A stretch of DNA of 64,000 nucleotides from Acidimicrobiia bacterium (lineage in GTDB: Bacteria > Actinomycetota > Acidimicrobiia > Spongiisociales > ZC4RG35), in assembly GCA_035281645.1 (NCBI GenBank), contig DATEDN010000099.1:7201-71200 (forward strand), given 5' to 3'. Both the position numbers and the translations under genes were made by a program. Below, in pieces: positions 24,659 through 34,363 of this stretch (position 1 is the stretch's first letter; each line of letters opens with the position of its first letter). Under the pieces are notes generated by a model. The model saw only the letters and a list, made by a program, of their open reading frames with translations. It searched no databases and was not told where the DNA came from.

Positions 24659-27345
24659 CAGGTCTTCTTCGCCGTCTTTTTCTTGGATGCCGTAACCGCC
24701 TTGCGGGTGTTTTTCCTGGTCCCGCTCTTCTTGGTCGGCGACGCTTTCTTGGCCGATTTCTTGGCTCCGCCCTTTCGGGGAGGGGACCCATCCTCGGAGG
24801 CGAGACGATCCCGGCGGGCGGCGAGGAGCTCAAGGGCCCTCGCCAGGTCAACCTTTTCCTCATCGTCGCCAGCTCTCAGCGAGGCGTTGACCTCCCCATC
24901 GGTCACGTACGGGCCGTAGCGTCCCCTCCGCACCGAGATGGTCCTGCCGTCGCTAGTGACGCCGACTTCGCGTCCGGAGGCGCCACCTTGGGGACCCCGC
25001 CCTCGCCGGCTCGGAGGCTGGGAGAACAGCGCTAGCGCCTCGGGGAGGTCCACCGTGAATAGCTGCTCTTCGTTTTGCAGGGAGCGATTCTCCGCTCCTC
25101 GACTGAGGAAGGGTCCGTAACGGCCGTTGAGAGCCATCACCTCCTCACCGGTTTCGGGATCGATCCCTACCAGGCGGGGGAGAGTGAGAAGTTGCAGGGC
25201 TTGTTCGAGCGAGATGGAGTCGAGGCTCATGCTTTGAAACAGCGACGCCGTTTTCGGTTTGTCCTTGCTGGTGCCCTCGCCCAGCTGCACATAGGGCCCA
25301 AATCGACCGCTTTTGGCGATGACAGTGAGACCGCTCTCGGGATCCGTTCCCAGTATTTTCTCGCCCGAGGGTTGCTCCTCGAGCAACTCGATCGCCTTCT
25401 CGATGGTGAGCTCGTCCGGCGGTAGGTTGTCGGGGATCGAGGCCCGATCGTCGAGCCGCTGGATGTAAGGGCCATATCGACCCACCCGGACAACGATCTC
25501 CCGGTCTTGGTCGTCGGACCCGAGAGGCATCGAGTTGACTTCGCGGGCATCGATGCTCTCCAAACGGTCGACTACCTGCTGGCGCAATCCCTCCGGACCG
25601 AGGTAGAAGCGAGAGAGCCAAGGGGCGGTTTCCTCCTCTCCCTCGGCGATTCGGTCGAGATCGTCCTCCATCCGGGCGGTGAAGGCGTAATCGACGAGGT
25701 CTTCGAAGTTCTGTTCCAGCAACGTCACCACCGCCAAGGCGGTGAAGGTCGGGATAAGGGATTGTCCCCGCTTCCAGATGTACCCACGCTCCTGGATCGT
25801 CTCCAGAATCGAGGCGTACGTCGATGGCCGGCCCACTCCCATTTCCTCCAACTGCCGAACCAACGACGCCTCGGTGAAGCGGGCGGGAGGCTTGGTGCTG
25901 TGGCCAGTAGCTTCGAGTTCGACCACCGTCAGGGGATCGCCCTCTTCCAGTGGAGGCAGCGGGGTTTCCTGATCATCGAGGGCGGCTTCGGGATCATCTG
26001 ATCCTTCGACATACGCTCGGAGGAATCCGGGGAAGGTGATTGTGCGCCCGCTGGCTGCGAATTCGCCATCCCTCCCGGCGCTGCTCACTGCCCCGAGCCG
26101 TACCGCCATGGATTCTCCGAGGGCGTCTTTCATCTGTGATGCCACGGTCCGTTTCCAGATGAGTTCGTAGACCCGCGCTTCGTCCTCGCTCACTTCCCGT
26201 TCCACCTGGGCAGGAGTCCGGAATCGATCGCCGGCTGGCCGGATGGCTTCGTGTGCCTCCTGGGCGTTCTTCACCTTGTTGGTGTATGTGCGGGGCTTGG
26301 CCGGCAGGTATTCGGACCCGAACAAGGATCCGATCTGGGAACGGGCGGCGGCCACCGCCGACTCGGACAGCGCCGTCGAGTCCGTGCGCATGTAGGTGAT
26401 GTAACCCGCCTCGTAGAGGCGCTGGGCGATCCGCATGGTGCGGGAGGCCGAGAAGCGCAGCTTGCGCTGGGCCTCCTGTTGCAGGGTGGACGTGCGGAAG
26501 GGGGGGTATGGGCTGCGCCGGTAGGGCTTTGACTCCACTGAGCGAACTGCAAAATCCGCCCCCTCCAATTCGGTTGCCAAGGAGCGAGCCACCGCCTCGT
26601 CGACCAGAACCACGCCATCGCTCTGCAGCTGGCCGTTGGATCCAAAGTCGGAGCCGTTGGCGACTCGAACGCCGTCGATGGCGACCAGAGTCGCCGGGAA
26701 GTGAATCTGCTCCGCATCGGTGGCGAAGGTCCCGAGCAGGTCCCAATAGCTGCCGGAGACAAAGCTCATCCGCTCCCGTTCCCGCTCGACGACCATTCTC
26801 ACTGCCACGCTCTGGACTCGTCCTGCCGAGAGCCCGGTTCTCACCCGCCTCCAGAGGACGGGTGAGACTTCGTATCCGTAGAGCTTGTCGAGAATTCGAC
26901 GGGCCTCTTGGGCGTCCACCAGCTGCTGATCGATGGCTCGCGGGTTGTCGAACGCGGCCCGGATCGCTCCCTCGGTGATCTCGTGGAAGACCATTCGCTT
27001 GGGCGCGGTCTTGGGCTTCAACACTTCCGTCAAGTGCCAGGCGATCGACTCCCCCTCGCGGTCCTCATCGGTGGCGAGATAGAGCTCGTCGGCTTTCTTG
27101 AGAGCATCCCGAAGCTTCTTGACCTGAGCCTTCTTGGCCGGGTGGATCACGTAATAGGGGACGAATCCGGATTCGATGTCGACACCGAATTGAGCCCAGT
27201 ACTTGTCCTGGTGCTCGGCCGGCAGGTCCTTTTTGGCAGCCAGATCGCGGATGTGGCCCATCGATGCTTCCACCGCCACGTCATCGCCCAGATAGCGGGC
27301 GATCGTCCTGGCTTTGGCTGGTGATTCGACGATTACAAGCTTCAT
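24658..27345 (-). CDS. topA: DNA topoisomerase I (type IA) with Lys-rich C-terminal tail
   Basis: 895 aa. TOPRIM start MKLVIVESPAKARTIARYLG, active-site region GYITYMRTDS, tail KKSAKKASPTKKSGTRKNTRKAVTASKKKTAKKT. Confidence 0.95.
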   Translation of the reverse strand: MKLVIVESPAKARTIARYLGDDVAVEASMGHIRDLAAKKDLPAEHQDKYWAQFGVDIESGFVPYYVIHPAKKAQVKKLRDALKKADELYLATDEDREGESIAWHLTEVLKPKTAPKRMVFHEITEGAIRAAFDNPRAIDQQLVDAQEARRILDKLYGYEVSPVLWRRVRTGLSAGRVQSVAVRMVVERERERMSFVSGSYWDLLGTFATDAEQIHFPATLVAIDGVRVANGSDFGSNGQLQSDGVVLVDEAVARSLATELEGADFAVRSVESKPYRRSPYPPFRTSTLQQEAQRKLRFSASRTMRIAQRLYEAGYITYMRTDSTALSESAVAAARSQIGSLFGSEYLPAKPRTYTNKVKNAQEAHEAIRPAGDRFRTPAQVEREVSEDEARVYELIWKRTVASQMKDALGESMAVRLGAVSSAGRDGEFAASGRTITFPGFLRAYVEGSDDPEAALDDQETPLPPLEEGDPLTVVELEATGHSTKPPARFTEASLVRQLEEMGVGRPSTYASILETIQERGYIWKRGQSLIPTFTALAVVTLLEQNFEDLVDYAFTARMEDDLDRIAEGEEETAPWLSRFYLGPEGLRQQVVDRLESIDAREVNSMPLGSDDQDREIVVRVGRYGPYIQRLDDRASIPDNLPPDELTIEKAIELLEEQPSGEKILGTDPESGLTVIAKSGRFGPYVQLGEGTSKDKPKTASLFQSMSLDSISLEQALQLLTLPRLVGIDPETGEEVMALNGRYGPFLSRGAENRSLQNEEQLFTVDLPEALALFSQPPSRRGRGPQGGASGREVGVTSDGRTISVRRGRYGPYVTDGEVNASLRAGDDEEKVDLARALELLAARRDRLASEDGSPPRKGGAKKSAKKASPTKKSGTRKNTRKAVTASKKKTAKKT

Positions 27346-27415
27346 TGCGTGGCGGGTTCCCTTTTTTCACTGTCTACCGTCTGGCGTCAACTGTCAAGCT
27401 CTAGCTCTGCGGCAC

Positions 27416-28834
27416 ATGGACACCATTTCTGAACTGCGTGGCCGGGATCTGATCAGAAGGGGCCCTTTTGCCCGTATCTGGTGGTCGCAGGCGATCTCGT
27501 CTCTGGGCGACTGGGTGACGCTTTTTGCCAGCTTTGCCCTCGCCGCCAGGATCTCCGGGGGAGGAAGGGGTGCCAGCCTCGGCATCCTCGTCCCCCTGGT
27601 GGGAAGGATTCTCCCGGCGTTGGTACTGGGATTTGTGGGCGGGGTGCTGGCCGATCGCTGGAGCCGGAAGGCGACCATGCTGGTGAGCGACCTGGGGAGG
27701 GCTGTCCTGGCCGGCGGGTTTCTTTTCGTCGACAACTTCCGGCAGCTATTCGTCCTTACGTTTATCACAGAGCTCCTGTCGATGGTGCGCCAGCCCGCCC
27801 GCGAAGCGGTGGTCCCGAACTTGATTCCGGAGCGCCACCTGCTGACGGCCAACGGACTCTCGCTGCTCTCGAACTATGGAACCGCACCCATCGGGTCGGC
27901 GCTCTTCGCCGGTTTGAGCGAGATCGGATCGAGGCTGCCCGAGTTTGGAAGCTTCGGGCCATCCATCGGGGCAGCCTTCGTTTTCGATGCCGTTACGTTC
28001 CTGGTTTCGGCGGTGATCGTCCTCTTTACGGACGTTCCCGAGGTCAGAGTCCCCCGGGCGCGGAAGGCTCGCACCCGCACCGACTTCCGGGCTCCCTGGC
28101 GCGACCTGGTCGACGGCTTTCGTTTCGTCACTCGTAGCGGTCCCATTCGGAGGATGATCTTGGGAATGGCTGCCGGGCTCTTCGGAGGAGGGGCGCTATT
28201 TGTCATCGGTCAGCCGTTTGCCCGCCAGGTGCTGCGAGCCTCGGACTCGGGCTACGGCTTGATCGCCACCTCGTTGGGAGTGGGGGTGGGGCTGGGGATG
28301 CTCGGAGTGACCATCCTCGGCACGATGAACACCCGTCGTCAGTTGTTGTTCTCACTGGCGCTGCTCGGTACCGGCATTGCGATCGTCTTCACCGGGTTTG
28401 CCAACACCGTCTCGATTGCCGCGGGGTGGACCTTTTTTACCGGCGTCGGAACCGGAGTCGCCTACGTCACCGGCTTCACCCAACTCCACGCCACGGTTGA
28501 CGATTCCCTTCGGGGCCGTACCTTCGCGGCAATGTTCGCTTTTGCTCGTGTAGCCCTCCTGATCTCCTTCGCCCTAGCGGGAGTTGGGGCCGCGGCTCTG
28601 GATGGTGTTCTGGCGGGGGAGCTCAACGAGGGGATTCGAGCTGTCATCGTCCTTGGCGGCGCCGTCGTCACGGTGGTCGGTATCGCGGTGCTCTGGGCTT
28701 CTCGGGAGGAGCTACGGGCACATCTCAATCACGAGCAGCTGACGACTCTCGCCGAAGCCAGCGATGCCATCACCTGGATGCGAGGTGATCGCAGCGGTGC
28801 GCCGTTCCGCCGCGATGACCAGGCGGGGCAGTGA
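27416..28834 (+). CDS. MFS transporter
   Basis: About 12 TM segments and the loop motif GVLADRWSRK. Start trimmed to ATG 27416. Confidence 0.85.
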   Translation: MDTISELRGRDLIRRGPFARIWWSQAISSLGDWVTLFASFALAARISGGGRGASLGILVPLVGRILPALVLGFVGGVLADRWSRKATMLVSDLGRAVLAGGFLFVDNFRQLFVLTFITELLSMVRQPAREAVVPNLIPERHLLTANGLSLLSNYGTAPIGSALFAGLSEIGSRLPEFGSFGPSIGAAFVFDAVTFLVSAVIVLFTDVPEVRVPRARKARTRTDFRAPWRDLVDGFRFVTRSGPIRRMILGMAAGLFGGGALFVIGQPFARQVLRASDSGYGLIATSLGVGVGLGMLGVTILGTMNTRRQLLFSLALLGTGIAIVFTGFANTVSIAAGWTFFTGVGTGVAYVTGFTQLHATVDDSLRGRTFAAMFAFARVALLISFALAGVGAAALDGVLAGELNEGIRAVIVLGGAVVTVVGIAVLWASREELRAHLNHEQLTTLAEASDAITWMRGDRSGAPFRRDDQAGQ

Positions 28835-29442
28835 TGGGTTTCTATCTCGCTCTTGAAGGCGGAGAAGGAGCGGGGAAGACCACGGTCTCCGCCCTCCTCC
28901 AAGAGATGCTCGAGAAACGGGGCGAGCGAGTGACTCTGGTGAGAGAGCCGGGTGGCACCGAGCTCGGCGACGCTATCCGCCTCCTGGTCCTTCACTCCGT
29001 GGAGATGACTCCATGGGCAGAGGCGATGCTCTTCGCCGCCCAACGCGCCCAGCTGGTGAGCGAAGTCGTGCGCCCGGCCTTGGAGCGGGGAGAGATTGTC
29101 ATCTCCGACCGTTCCCTCTATTCCTCGCTCGCTTATCAGGCTGGGGGCCGGGGCCTTGCGTACGAGGATGTCCTCAATGCGAACCTCCTTGCCGTGGGTG
29201 GGCTGGTTCCCGATCTGGTGGTCGTGCTTGGGGTTGACCCCGAAGTCGGTCGCTTACGCCAGGAGGTTCCGGATCGGATCGGCCGGGAGCACGACCAATT
29301 CCAGCTGAGAGTGGCCGAGGCCTATCGGCACCTGGAAGCGGCCGAACCGGAGCGGGTGACAATTGTCCCTGCGGGGGACGATCCTGAGGCGGTGGCCAAA
29401 GAGATCGTCGACCTCATCGACGGCAAGCGCTCAGGCACGTGA
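28831..29442 (+). CDS. tmk: dTMP (thymidylate) kinase
   Basis: P-loop LEGGEGAGKTT, REPGGT, and DRSLYSSLAYQ. Its start overlaps the MFS stop. Confidence 0.9.
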   Translation: MMGFYLALEGGEGAGKTTVSALLQEMLEKRGERVTLVREPGGTELGDAIRLLVLHSVEMTPWAEAMLFAAQRAQLVSEVVRPALERGEIVISDRSLYSSLAYQAGGRGLAYEDVLNANLLAVGGLVPDLVVVLGVDPEVGRLRQEVPDRIGREHDQFQLRVAEAYRHLEAAEPERVTIVPAGDDPEAVAKEIVDLIDGKRSGT

Positions 29443-30491
29443 CCGATCTCGCCCGCTTGGCTGATGTTGGTGTCCCGCTGATCGGCCATGACGACGTTCT
29501 GGTCTTCCTTGAAAGCGAACTCCGCAATCCTTCCCACGCCTACCTCTTCGTCGGCCCGACCGGCACCGGCAAAGCAACCGTGGCCCGCGAGTTCGCCCGG
29601 CTCCTGCTTTGCCCAGAGCACGGGAAACACGACGAGGCCTGCTCTTCTTGCCGGCGAATCGGAACCGGCAACCATCCGGACCTGGTGCTGGTCGAACCCG
29701 AAGGGCGGACGAGCCTCGGCGCCGACACCGCCCGATGGGTGGTCGGACAGGCGGTGTTGACTCCGGTGGAGTCCGACCGGCGCCTCTTCCTCATCGAGGA
29801 GGCAGGGCTGATGACCGATCAAGCCGCCAACGCCTTGTTGAAGACGCTGGAAGAGCCGAGCGCGGCGGTGGTGTTCCTGCTGGTGGCGGAGTCGGAAGAA
29901 GACTTTCCGGCAACGGTGGCGAGCCGTTGTCGCATCGTCCGAGTGGGAAGAGTTCCCGAGGACGATCTGACCGCGGCCTTGATGGAACGAGGGATCGAGG
30001 AGGAGAAGGCTCGGGTTCTGGCTCTGGTGAGTGGTGGTCGACCTGGTCTGGCCCTTCAGCTGGCCGGCCAGCCTCAGATCGCCGAGCTGCGCCAAGCATG
30101 GCTGTCGGTCCCGAGCCGGCTCAGCGCCCGTCCGGGCGATTCCATCACCATGGCTGAGGAGATGCTGGCCCGAATCGACCCGCTGGCGACCGAGGTCGCT
30201 TCCCCGCAACCGTCCGCCGACCAGCGCGACCGGGCCAAGCGCCGGGCGAGCCAGTCCTTGCTGGCCGGGGGGCTCGAAATTCTGGCCTCCTTCTATCTCG
30301 ACTCGGCCTCGCTGCAGCTGGGGGGGCCGATTCGCAACACCGATGTCCCCCTTCCTGAACTCACTCGATCCTCACCGGCGCGGGCTGTGGCTGCCTCCCA
30401 TCTGGTGCTTGACGCCATCGTCGATCTGGCGGGCAATCTGCGGCCGGTCCCGGTGCTGGCGGCGCTGTTCTCGGCATTGGCCGCGGACTGA
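29439..30491 (+). CDS. holB: DNA polymerase III subunit delta'
   Basis: HAYLFVGPTGTGKAT, a zinc-module-like CSSCRR, and ANALLKTLEEP. GTGA overlap with tmk. Confidence 0.85.
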   Translation: MTDLARLADVGVPLIGHDDVLVFLESELRNPSHAYLFVGPTGTGKATVAREFARLLLCPEHGKHDEACSSCRRIGTGNHPDLVLVEPEGRTSLGADTARWVVGQAVLTPVESDRRLFLIEEAGLMTDQAANALLKTLEEPSAAVVFLLVAESEEDFPATVASRCRIVRVGRVPEDDLTAALMERGIEEEKARVLALVSGGRPGLALQLAGQPQIAELRQAWLSVPSRLSARPGDSITMAEEMLARIDPLATEVASPQPSADQRDRAKRRASQSLLAGGLEILASFYLDSASLQLGGPIRNTDVPLPELTRSSPARAVAASHLVLDAIVDLAGNLRPVPVLAALFSALAAD

Positions 30492-30523
30492 GCAGGGCTG
30501 CGGAATTATCCTTTGACCGACCG

Positions 30524-30596
30524 GCCGGGGTAGCTCAGTTGGCAGAGCAGCTCACTCGTAATGAGCAGGTCAGGGGTTCGACTCCCCTCTCCGGCT
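30524..30596 (+). tRNA. tRNA-Thr (anticodon CGT)
   Basis: Hand-folded cloverleaf. Acceptor GCCGGGG/CTCCGGC (one G-T pair), D-arm GTAGCTCAGTTGGCAGAGCA, anticodon stem GCTCA/TGAGC with loop CTCGTAA, T-arm AGGGG-TTCGACT-CCCCT. No encoded CCA. Confidence 0.9.
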
Positions 30597-30615
30597 CCCT
30601 CCTCCGACTTTTGGT

Positions 30616-30649
30616 GCACGGAACGCGCCCCAGAGGCAGCGTTCCGTGC
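30616..30649 (+). promoter_or_regulatory. SigH/SigR-type ECF promoter candidate (GGAAC-N16-GTT) embedded in an 11-bp perfect inverted repeat
   Basis: GCACGGAACGC (30616-26), a 12-nt spacer, then GCGTTCCGTGC (30639-49). GGAAC is at 30620-24 and GTT at 30641-43, 47 nt upstream of the sigma factor ATG. Confidence 0.45.
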
Positions 30650-30689
30650 GACAAAATCAACCGTCAGTGCCTCTAGCTACCGTTGGGGA

Positions 30690-31268
30690 ATGGCGGATCA
30701 GGCGAACTTCGAGCGCGATGCCATGCCTCTCGCCCCCCAGCTCTACGGGGCGGCGGTGCGGCTCACACGAAACCCCGCCGACGCCGAAGACCTCGTCCAA
30801 GAAACCTTCCTCAAGGCCTACCGGGCCTATAACACGTTCGAAGAGGGCACCAATCTCAAGGCGTGGCTCTACCGCATTCTCACCAACACCTTCATCAACA
30901 ATTACCGCCGCGACACCAGACGGCCCCAGGAAACCGATCTCGGCGAGCTCGAAGATCTCTATCTGTTTCGGCGCCTGGCACGAGAGACCTCGCCCACCAG
31001 CTCGGGCTCGGCCGAGGATCAGCTCCTCGAGGGCCTTGTCGAGGAGGACATCAAGCAGGCGATCGAGAGCTTGCCGGAGAACTTTCGGATGGTGGTTCTC
31101 CTCGCCGATCTGGAAGGATTCTCCTACAAGGAGATCGCCGACATCCTCGACATTCCCATAGGTACCGTGATGTCTCGGCTCCATCGGGGAAGAAAGGCGC
31201 TCCAGGTGGCGTTGTGGGATTTTGCAACCAAGCGCGGGTTGGTCGGCGAAGGCGACCGGCCCCGATGA
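30690..31268 (+). CDS. sigH: ECF sigma factor, SigH/SigR type
   Basis: [38 protein letters not shown]...[16 protein letters not shown]...[15 protein letters not shown] closely resembles mycobacterial SigH as I recall it. The track ORF start (30561) overlaps the tRNA and was rejected. Confidence 0.9.
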   Translation: MADQANFERDAMPLAPQLYGAAVRLTRNPADAEDLVQETFLKAYRAYNTFEEGTNLKAWLYRILTNTFINNYRRDTRRPQETDLGELEDLYLFRRLARETSPTSSGSAEDQLLEGLVEEDIKQAIESLPENFRMVVLLADLEGFSYKEIADILDIPIGTVMSRLHRGRKALQVALWDFATKRGLVGEGDRPR

Positions 31269-31287
31269 ATCAACCAGAGAGACAGCT

Positions 31288-31515
31288 TTGAGCGATTGCG
31301 ACGACGCCCTCCACGAGGTCTACAGCTACCTCGACCAAGAGGTCAACTGGTACCGCTCCTGGATGATTCGTCGCCACCTCAAGGGTTGCCCACCCTGTGT
31401 TCAGGCCTACAAGTTTGAGCAGAGACTGCGGGTGGTCGTCAAGGAGCGCCTACACGAAGAGGTCTCGCCTGAATTCATGGAGCGGCTTCGCCAGGCGATC
31501 CAAAACGGTCCGTAG
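31288..31515 (+). CDS. rshA: ZAS-family anti-sigma factor (RshA/RsrA type)
   Basis: SDCDDALHEVYSYLDQEV plus the HxxxCxxC motif (HLKGCPPC). TTG 31288 is the proposed start; 31222 is the longest alternative. Confidence 0.8.
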   Translation: MSDCDDALHEVYSYLDQEVNWYRSWMIRRHLKGCPPCVQAYKFEQRLRVVVKERLHEEVSPEFMERLRQAIQNGP

Positions 31516-31548
31516 CTTTCCCTACCTCTGATTAGGCTCACCTCTCGG

Positions 31549-31881
31549 ATGGGATCTCGTCGCTTGCTGGCGTTCCTCATTGTTTCTTTCCTCGTCCTTG
31601 GCCTGACCTTTCCCCTGGGGGCGTCCACTACCACGGGTGCAGGCACCGCAACCACCGTCGCCGAGGGAACCGGCACTACCGCCGGCGAGTCCGCTACCAC
31701 GCTCGAGGCGATTGTGCCCGCGGTCTCGGTGGAGGTGACCGAACCTCCTGAGACCCAGCCCGACTGGACGTATCGCTTTTTCATCCCCACGCTGCTGGTG
31801 CTGGCGGCGCTGGTGGTGATCGTCACCGTCATCCAGTACTTCACCCGCGTCGTCCGCAAGCGCTATCGCGTGATCCGGTGA
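31549..31881 (+). CDS. hypothetical secreted / C-terminally anchored Thr-Gly-Ala-rich protein
   Basis: N-terminal signal-like LLAFLIVSFLVLGL, low-complexity TTTGAGTATT, C-terminal TM IPTLLVLAALVVIVTVI followed by RVVRKRYRVIR. Confidence 0.5.
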   Translation: MGSRRLLAFLIVSFLVLGLTFPLGASTTTGAGTATTVAEGTGTTAGESATTLEAIVPAVSVEVTEPPETQPDWTYRFFIPTLLVLAALVVIVTVIQYFTRVVRKRYRVIR

Positions 31882-32915
31882 GCGAGGGTCGCTGGCCACT
31901 GGCGGTGCCAGTGGCGACCAGGATCGCCGGGACCTATCCACTCGCTGACACCTACCACTTCGCTCATATGAAGGCTCAGGTGCCCGAGCTTTTCTCCGAG
32001 GCGGCCGGCTTGGTCGAAAAGGAGACCGGCCTCACCACTCCGGGTGCTCCCGAAGTGAGAGTTGTTTCCCGGGGCGAGTGGGCCGAGCGAAATCTGGCGA
32101 CATTCGCCAGGATGCTGGCGCCCTTGGAGGAAAAGATTGCCTCCCGGCTGGAGGAAGCCGGTCGCAGCAGCCCGGCGTTCGCCCGCAGAGTCATCGCCAT
32201 CGAGACCGGAGCCCTGCTGGGCCTGCTCGCCAAGCGAGTGCTGGGCCAATACGAACTGGTTTTGCCGGAGGATGAATCAGGCGATGTGGTGGCGCTGGTC
32301 GGAGCCAACATCCTCGCCCTCGAACGACAGCATCAGTTCCGCCCCTCGGAATTCCGAATGTGGATCGTGCTCCACGAGGCCACCCACCGAGCGCAATTTC
32401 TCGGAGTGCCTTGGTTACGGGACTATTTCCTCTCGCTGATCGATCAGCTGGTCGCCAGTGCAGGCCCTACCCCCGGCCGCCTCTCGCGACTGGTGGCCGA
32501 GGTCATCGAGGCCGGGCGCAGCAATAGACCGCTTATCGATGACTCAGGTCTGCTTGGTCTCTTTGCCACTCCCGAACAAAAGTCAGTCATCGATCGGGTG
32601 CAGGCATTGATGTCTCTGCTGGAGGGCCACGGCCACGTGGTGATGGATCGAATCGGCGCTCGACTCCTTCCCAGTCAGGATCGCATGTCGGCGATTCTCA
32701 AGGCGCGCCGACGCGACCCGCGGACCGCTGCGTTGTTCCGGCTCCTCGGCATGGAGATGAAGATGAAGCAGTACGAGTTGGGGGAGGCCTTCATCGTCGA
32801 AATCGAGAAGGAGGCCGGCTGGCCCGCGCTCGACCGTGCTTGGGCTGGACCCGAATCACTCCCCACCCTCTCCGAAATCCACAGCCCGGGCGAATGGCTG
32901 CGACGCGTCGCCTAG
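31878..32915 (+). CDS. zinc-dependent metalloprotease, DUF2342 family
   Basis: HEATH zinc motif (WIVLHEATHRAQF). Position upstream of tilS as in other actinobacteria. Confidence 0.8.
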   Translation: MSEGRWPLAVPVATRIAGTYPLADTYHFAHMKAQVPELFSEAAGLVEKETGLTTPGAPEVRVVSRGEWAERNLATFARMLAPLEEKIASRLEEAGRSSPAFARRVIAIETGALLGLLAKRVLGQYELVLPEDESGDVVALVGANILALERQHQFRPSEFRMWIVLHEATHRAQFLGVPWLRDYFLSLIDQLVASAGPTPGRLSRLVAEVIEAGRSNRPLIDDSGLLGLFATPEQKSVIDRVQALMSLLEGHGHVVMDRIGARLLPSQDRMSAILKARRRDPRTAALFRLLGMEMKMKQYELGEAFIVEIEKEAGWPALDRAWAGPESLPTLSEIHSPGEWLRRVA

Positions 32916-33829
32916 AGGAGCTACGCCGACAAGTCGAGGCCCGGACCAGCCTGCCTGCAGGCCCATTAGTCCTCGCCCTCTCCGGCGGGGCCGACTCGGC
33001 GGCGCTGGCGGCGCTGGTGGCGGGTCGGCAATCGACCCGGGCGATCCACGTCCATCACGGCCTGCCGACCTCCGATCGGATGCAGCAAGCCGCCCGGGCA
33101 ATCGCCGACCGCCTCGATCTGCCGCTCGTGATCGCGGCCTTGAAAGCGGAGCCCTTTCGGGAGGATGCCGCCCGCCACGAGCGTTATCGGCTGCTCGAAT
33201 CGGCTCTCACCTTTGAAGAGTGGCTCCTCACCGGCCACACCCGCGACGATCAGGCTGAAACCGTTCTCGCCAACTTGATGCGAGGAGCGGGAAGCGGCGG
33301 CCTGGCCGGAATTCCCGCCCGACGCGGACGAATTGTCCGCCCATTCCTGGAGGTGACCCGATCGGAGACCCGAGAGCTCGCCACCCTGGCGGAGCTGGCA
33401 TGGATTGACGACCCTCAAAACGATGACCTCTCCTATCGACGCAATCGCATCCGACACTGGCTGCTCCCCACCATCGAGGCCGAGTTCAATCCGGGAATCC
33501 GCTCGGCGCTAGTGGCGGCGGCGCAGGCGTTCGCGGCGGTTAGCGCCGAGGATCCCGTCGGGGAGCATCGAGACGGAGACTGGAGGGTGTCGAATTCGAT
33601 CCTGTGGGCGGTCGGGTTCGAGCGGGCGGCTGCCATCCTCCGAGCCTCGCTGCGCCGGCTCTACGGGGGATATGGTCCCGATCGGGCAGAGTTGGCGAGG
33701 ATCTGGGAGGTGGTCACCGGTGGCGCCACCGCCACGGAGTTGACCGGCGGGCTACGCGTCTATAGGGAGGGTCCCTGGCTTATCTGCGCTCCCCCCGGCC
33801 TCGGCGGCGAGGTCGATCGGCGGCGCTAG
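32894..33829 (+). CDS. tilS: tRNA(Ile)-lysidine synthetase
   Basis: PP-loop LVLALSGGADSAALA. Start set at ATG 32894, overlapping the previous gene by 22 nt. Confidence 0.85.
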   Translation: MAATRRLEELRRQVEARTSLPAGPLVLALSGGADSAALAALVAGRQSTRAIHVHHGLPTSDRMQQAARAIADRLDLPLVIAALKAEPFREDAARHERYRLLESALTFEEWLLTGHTRDDQAETVLANLMRGAGSGGLAGIPARRGRIVRPFLEVTRSETRELATLAELAWIDDPQNDDLSYRRNRIRHWLLPTIEAEFNPGIRSALVAAAQAFAAVSAEDPVGEHRDGDWRVSNSILWAVGFERAAAILRASLRRLYGGYGPDRAELARIWEVVTGGATATELTGGLRVYREGPWLICAPPGLGGEVDRRR

Positions 33830-33838
33830 GTTTGGAAC

Positions 33839-34363
33839 GTGGAGTCGAACATTCGCAACCTGATCTCGGCGGACGAGATCTCGGCCGCTCTGGAGAAGAT
33901 GGGCAAGGAGATCAGCGACGACTACCGCGGGCGCGACCTCTTGATGGTTGGGGTCCTCAAGGGTGCCTTCATCGTCATGGCCGATCTCGCCCGGCACATC
34001 TCGGTTCCGGTCGCGTTCGATTTCATGGCAGTGTCCTCTTACGGAGCGTCGACGCAGACATCCGGAGTAGTGCGGATCCTCAAGGACCTCGACAACGAAA
34101 TCGCCGGCAAGGACGTTCTGATCGTCGAGGACATCATCGACTCCGGGCTCACCCTCAGCTATCTCCTCAAGTCGCTGCAGGTGCGGCGCCCGGCCTCGCT
34201 TGAAGTGGCGGCCCTGCTTTTGAAGGAGGGAATCCAGCGGATTCCCCTCGACGTGAAGTACGTCGGCTTTCGAATCGGCCCCGAGTTCGTAGTGGGGTAT
34301 GGCCTCGATTATGCCGGCCTCTACCGCAACCTCCCCTATGTCGGGGTGATGGAAGAGAACTGA
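33839..34363 (+). CDS. hpt: hypoxanthine phosphoribosyltransferase
   Basis: PRPP motif VLIVEDIIDSGLTL; C-terminal VVGYGLDYAGLYRNLPYVG. Confidence 0.9.
   Translation: MESNIRNLISADEISAALEKMGKEISDDYRGRDLLMVGVLKGAFIVMADLARHISVPVAFDFMAVSSYGASTQTSGVVRILKDLDNEIAGKDVLIVEDIIDSGLTLSYLLKSLQVRRPASLEVAALLLKEGIQRIPLDVKYVGFRIGPEFVVGYGLDYAGLYRNLPYVGVMEEN

Noticed and set aside
30561-30689. Upstream extension of the sigma-factor ORF
   Set aside because: It overlaps the 3' half of tRNA-Thr and the candidate promoter. Homology to SigH begins at ATG 30690.
30492-30700. tRNA-Thr loci (also 60132-60204) as integration sites of a mobile element
   Set aside because: No integrase, recombinase or phage-like ORFs flank either tRNA. 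The flanking genes are conserved housekeeping genes in the expected backbone order. I did not systematically search for tRNA 3'-end direct repeats.
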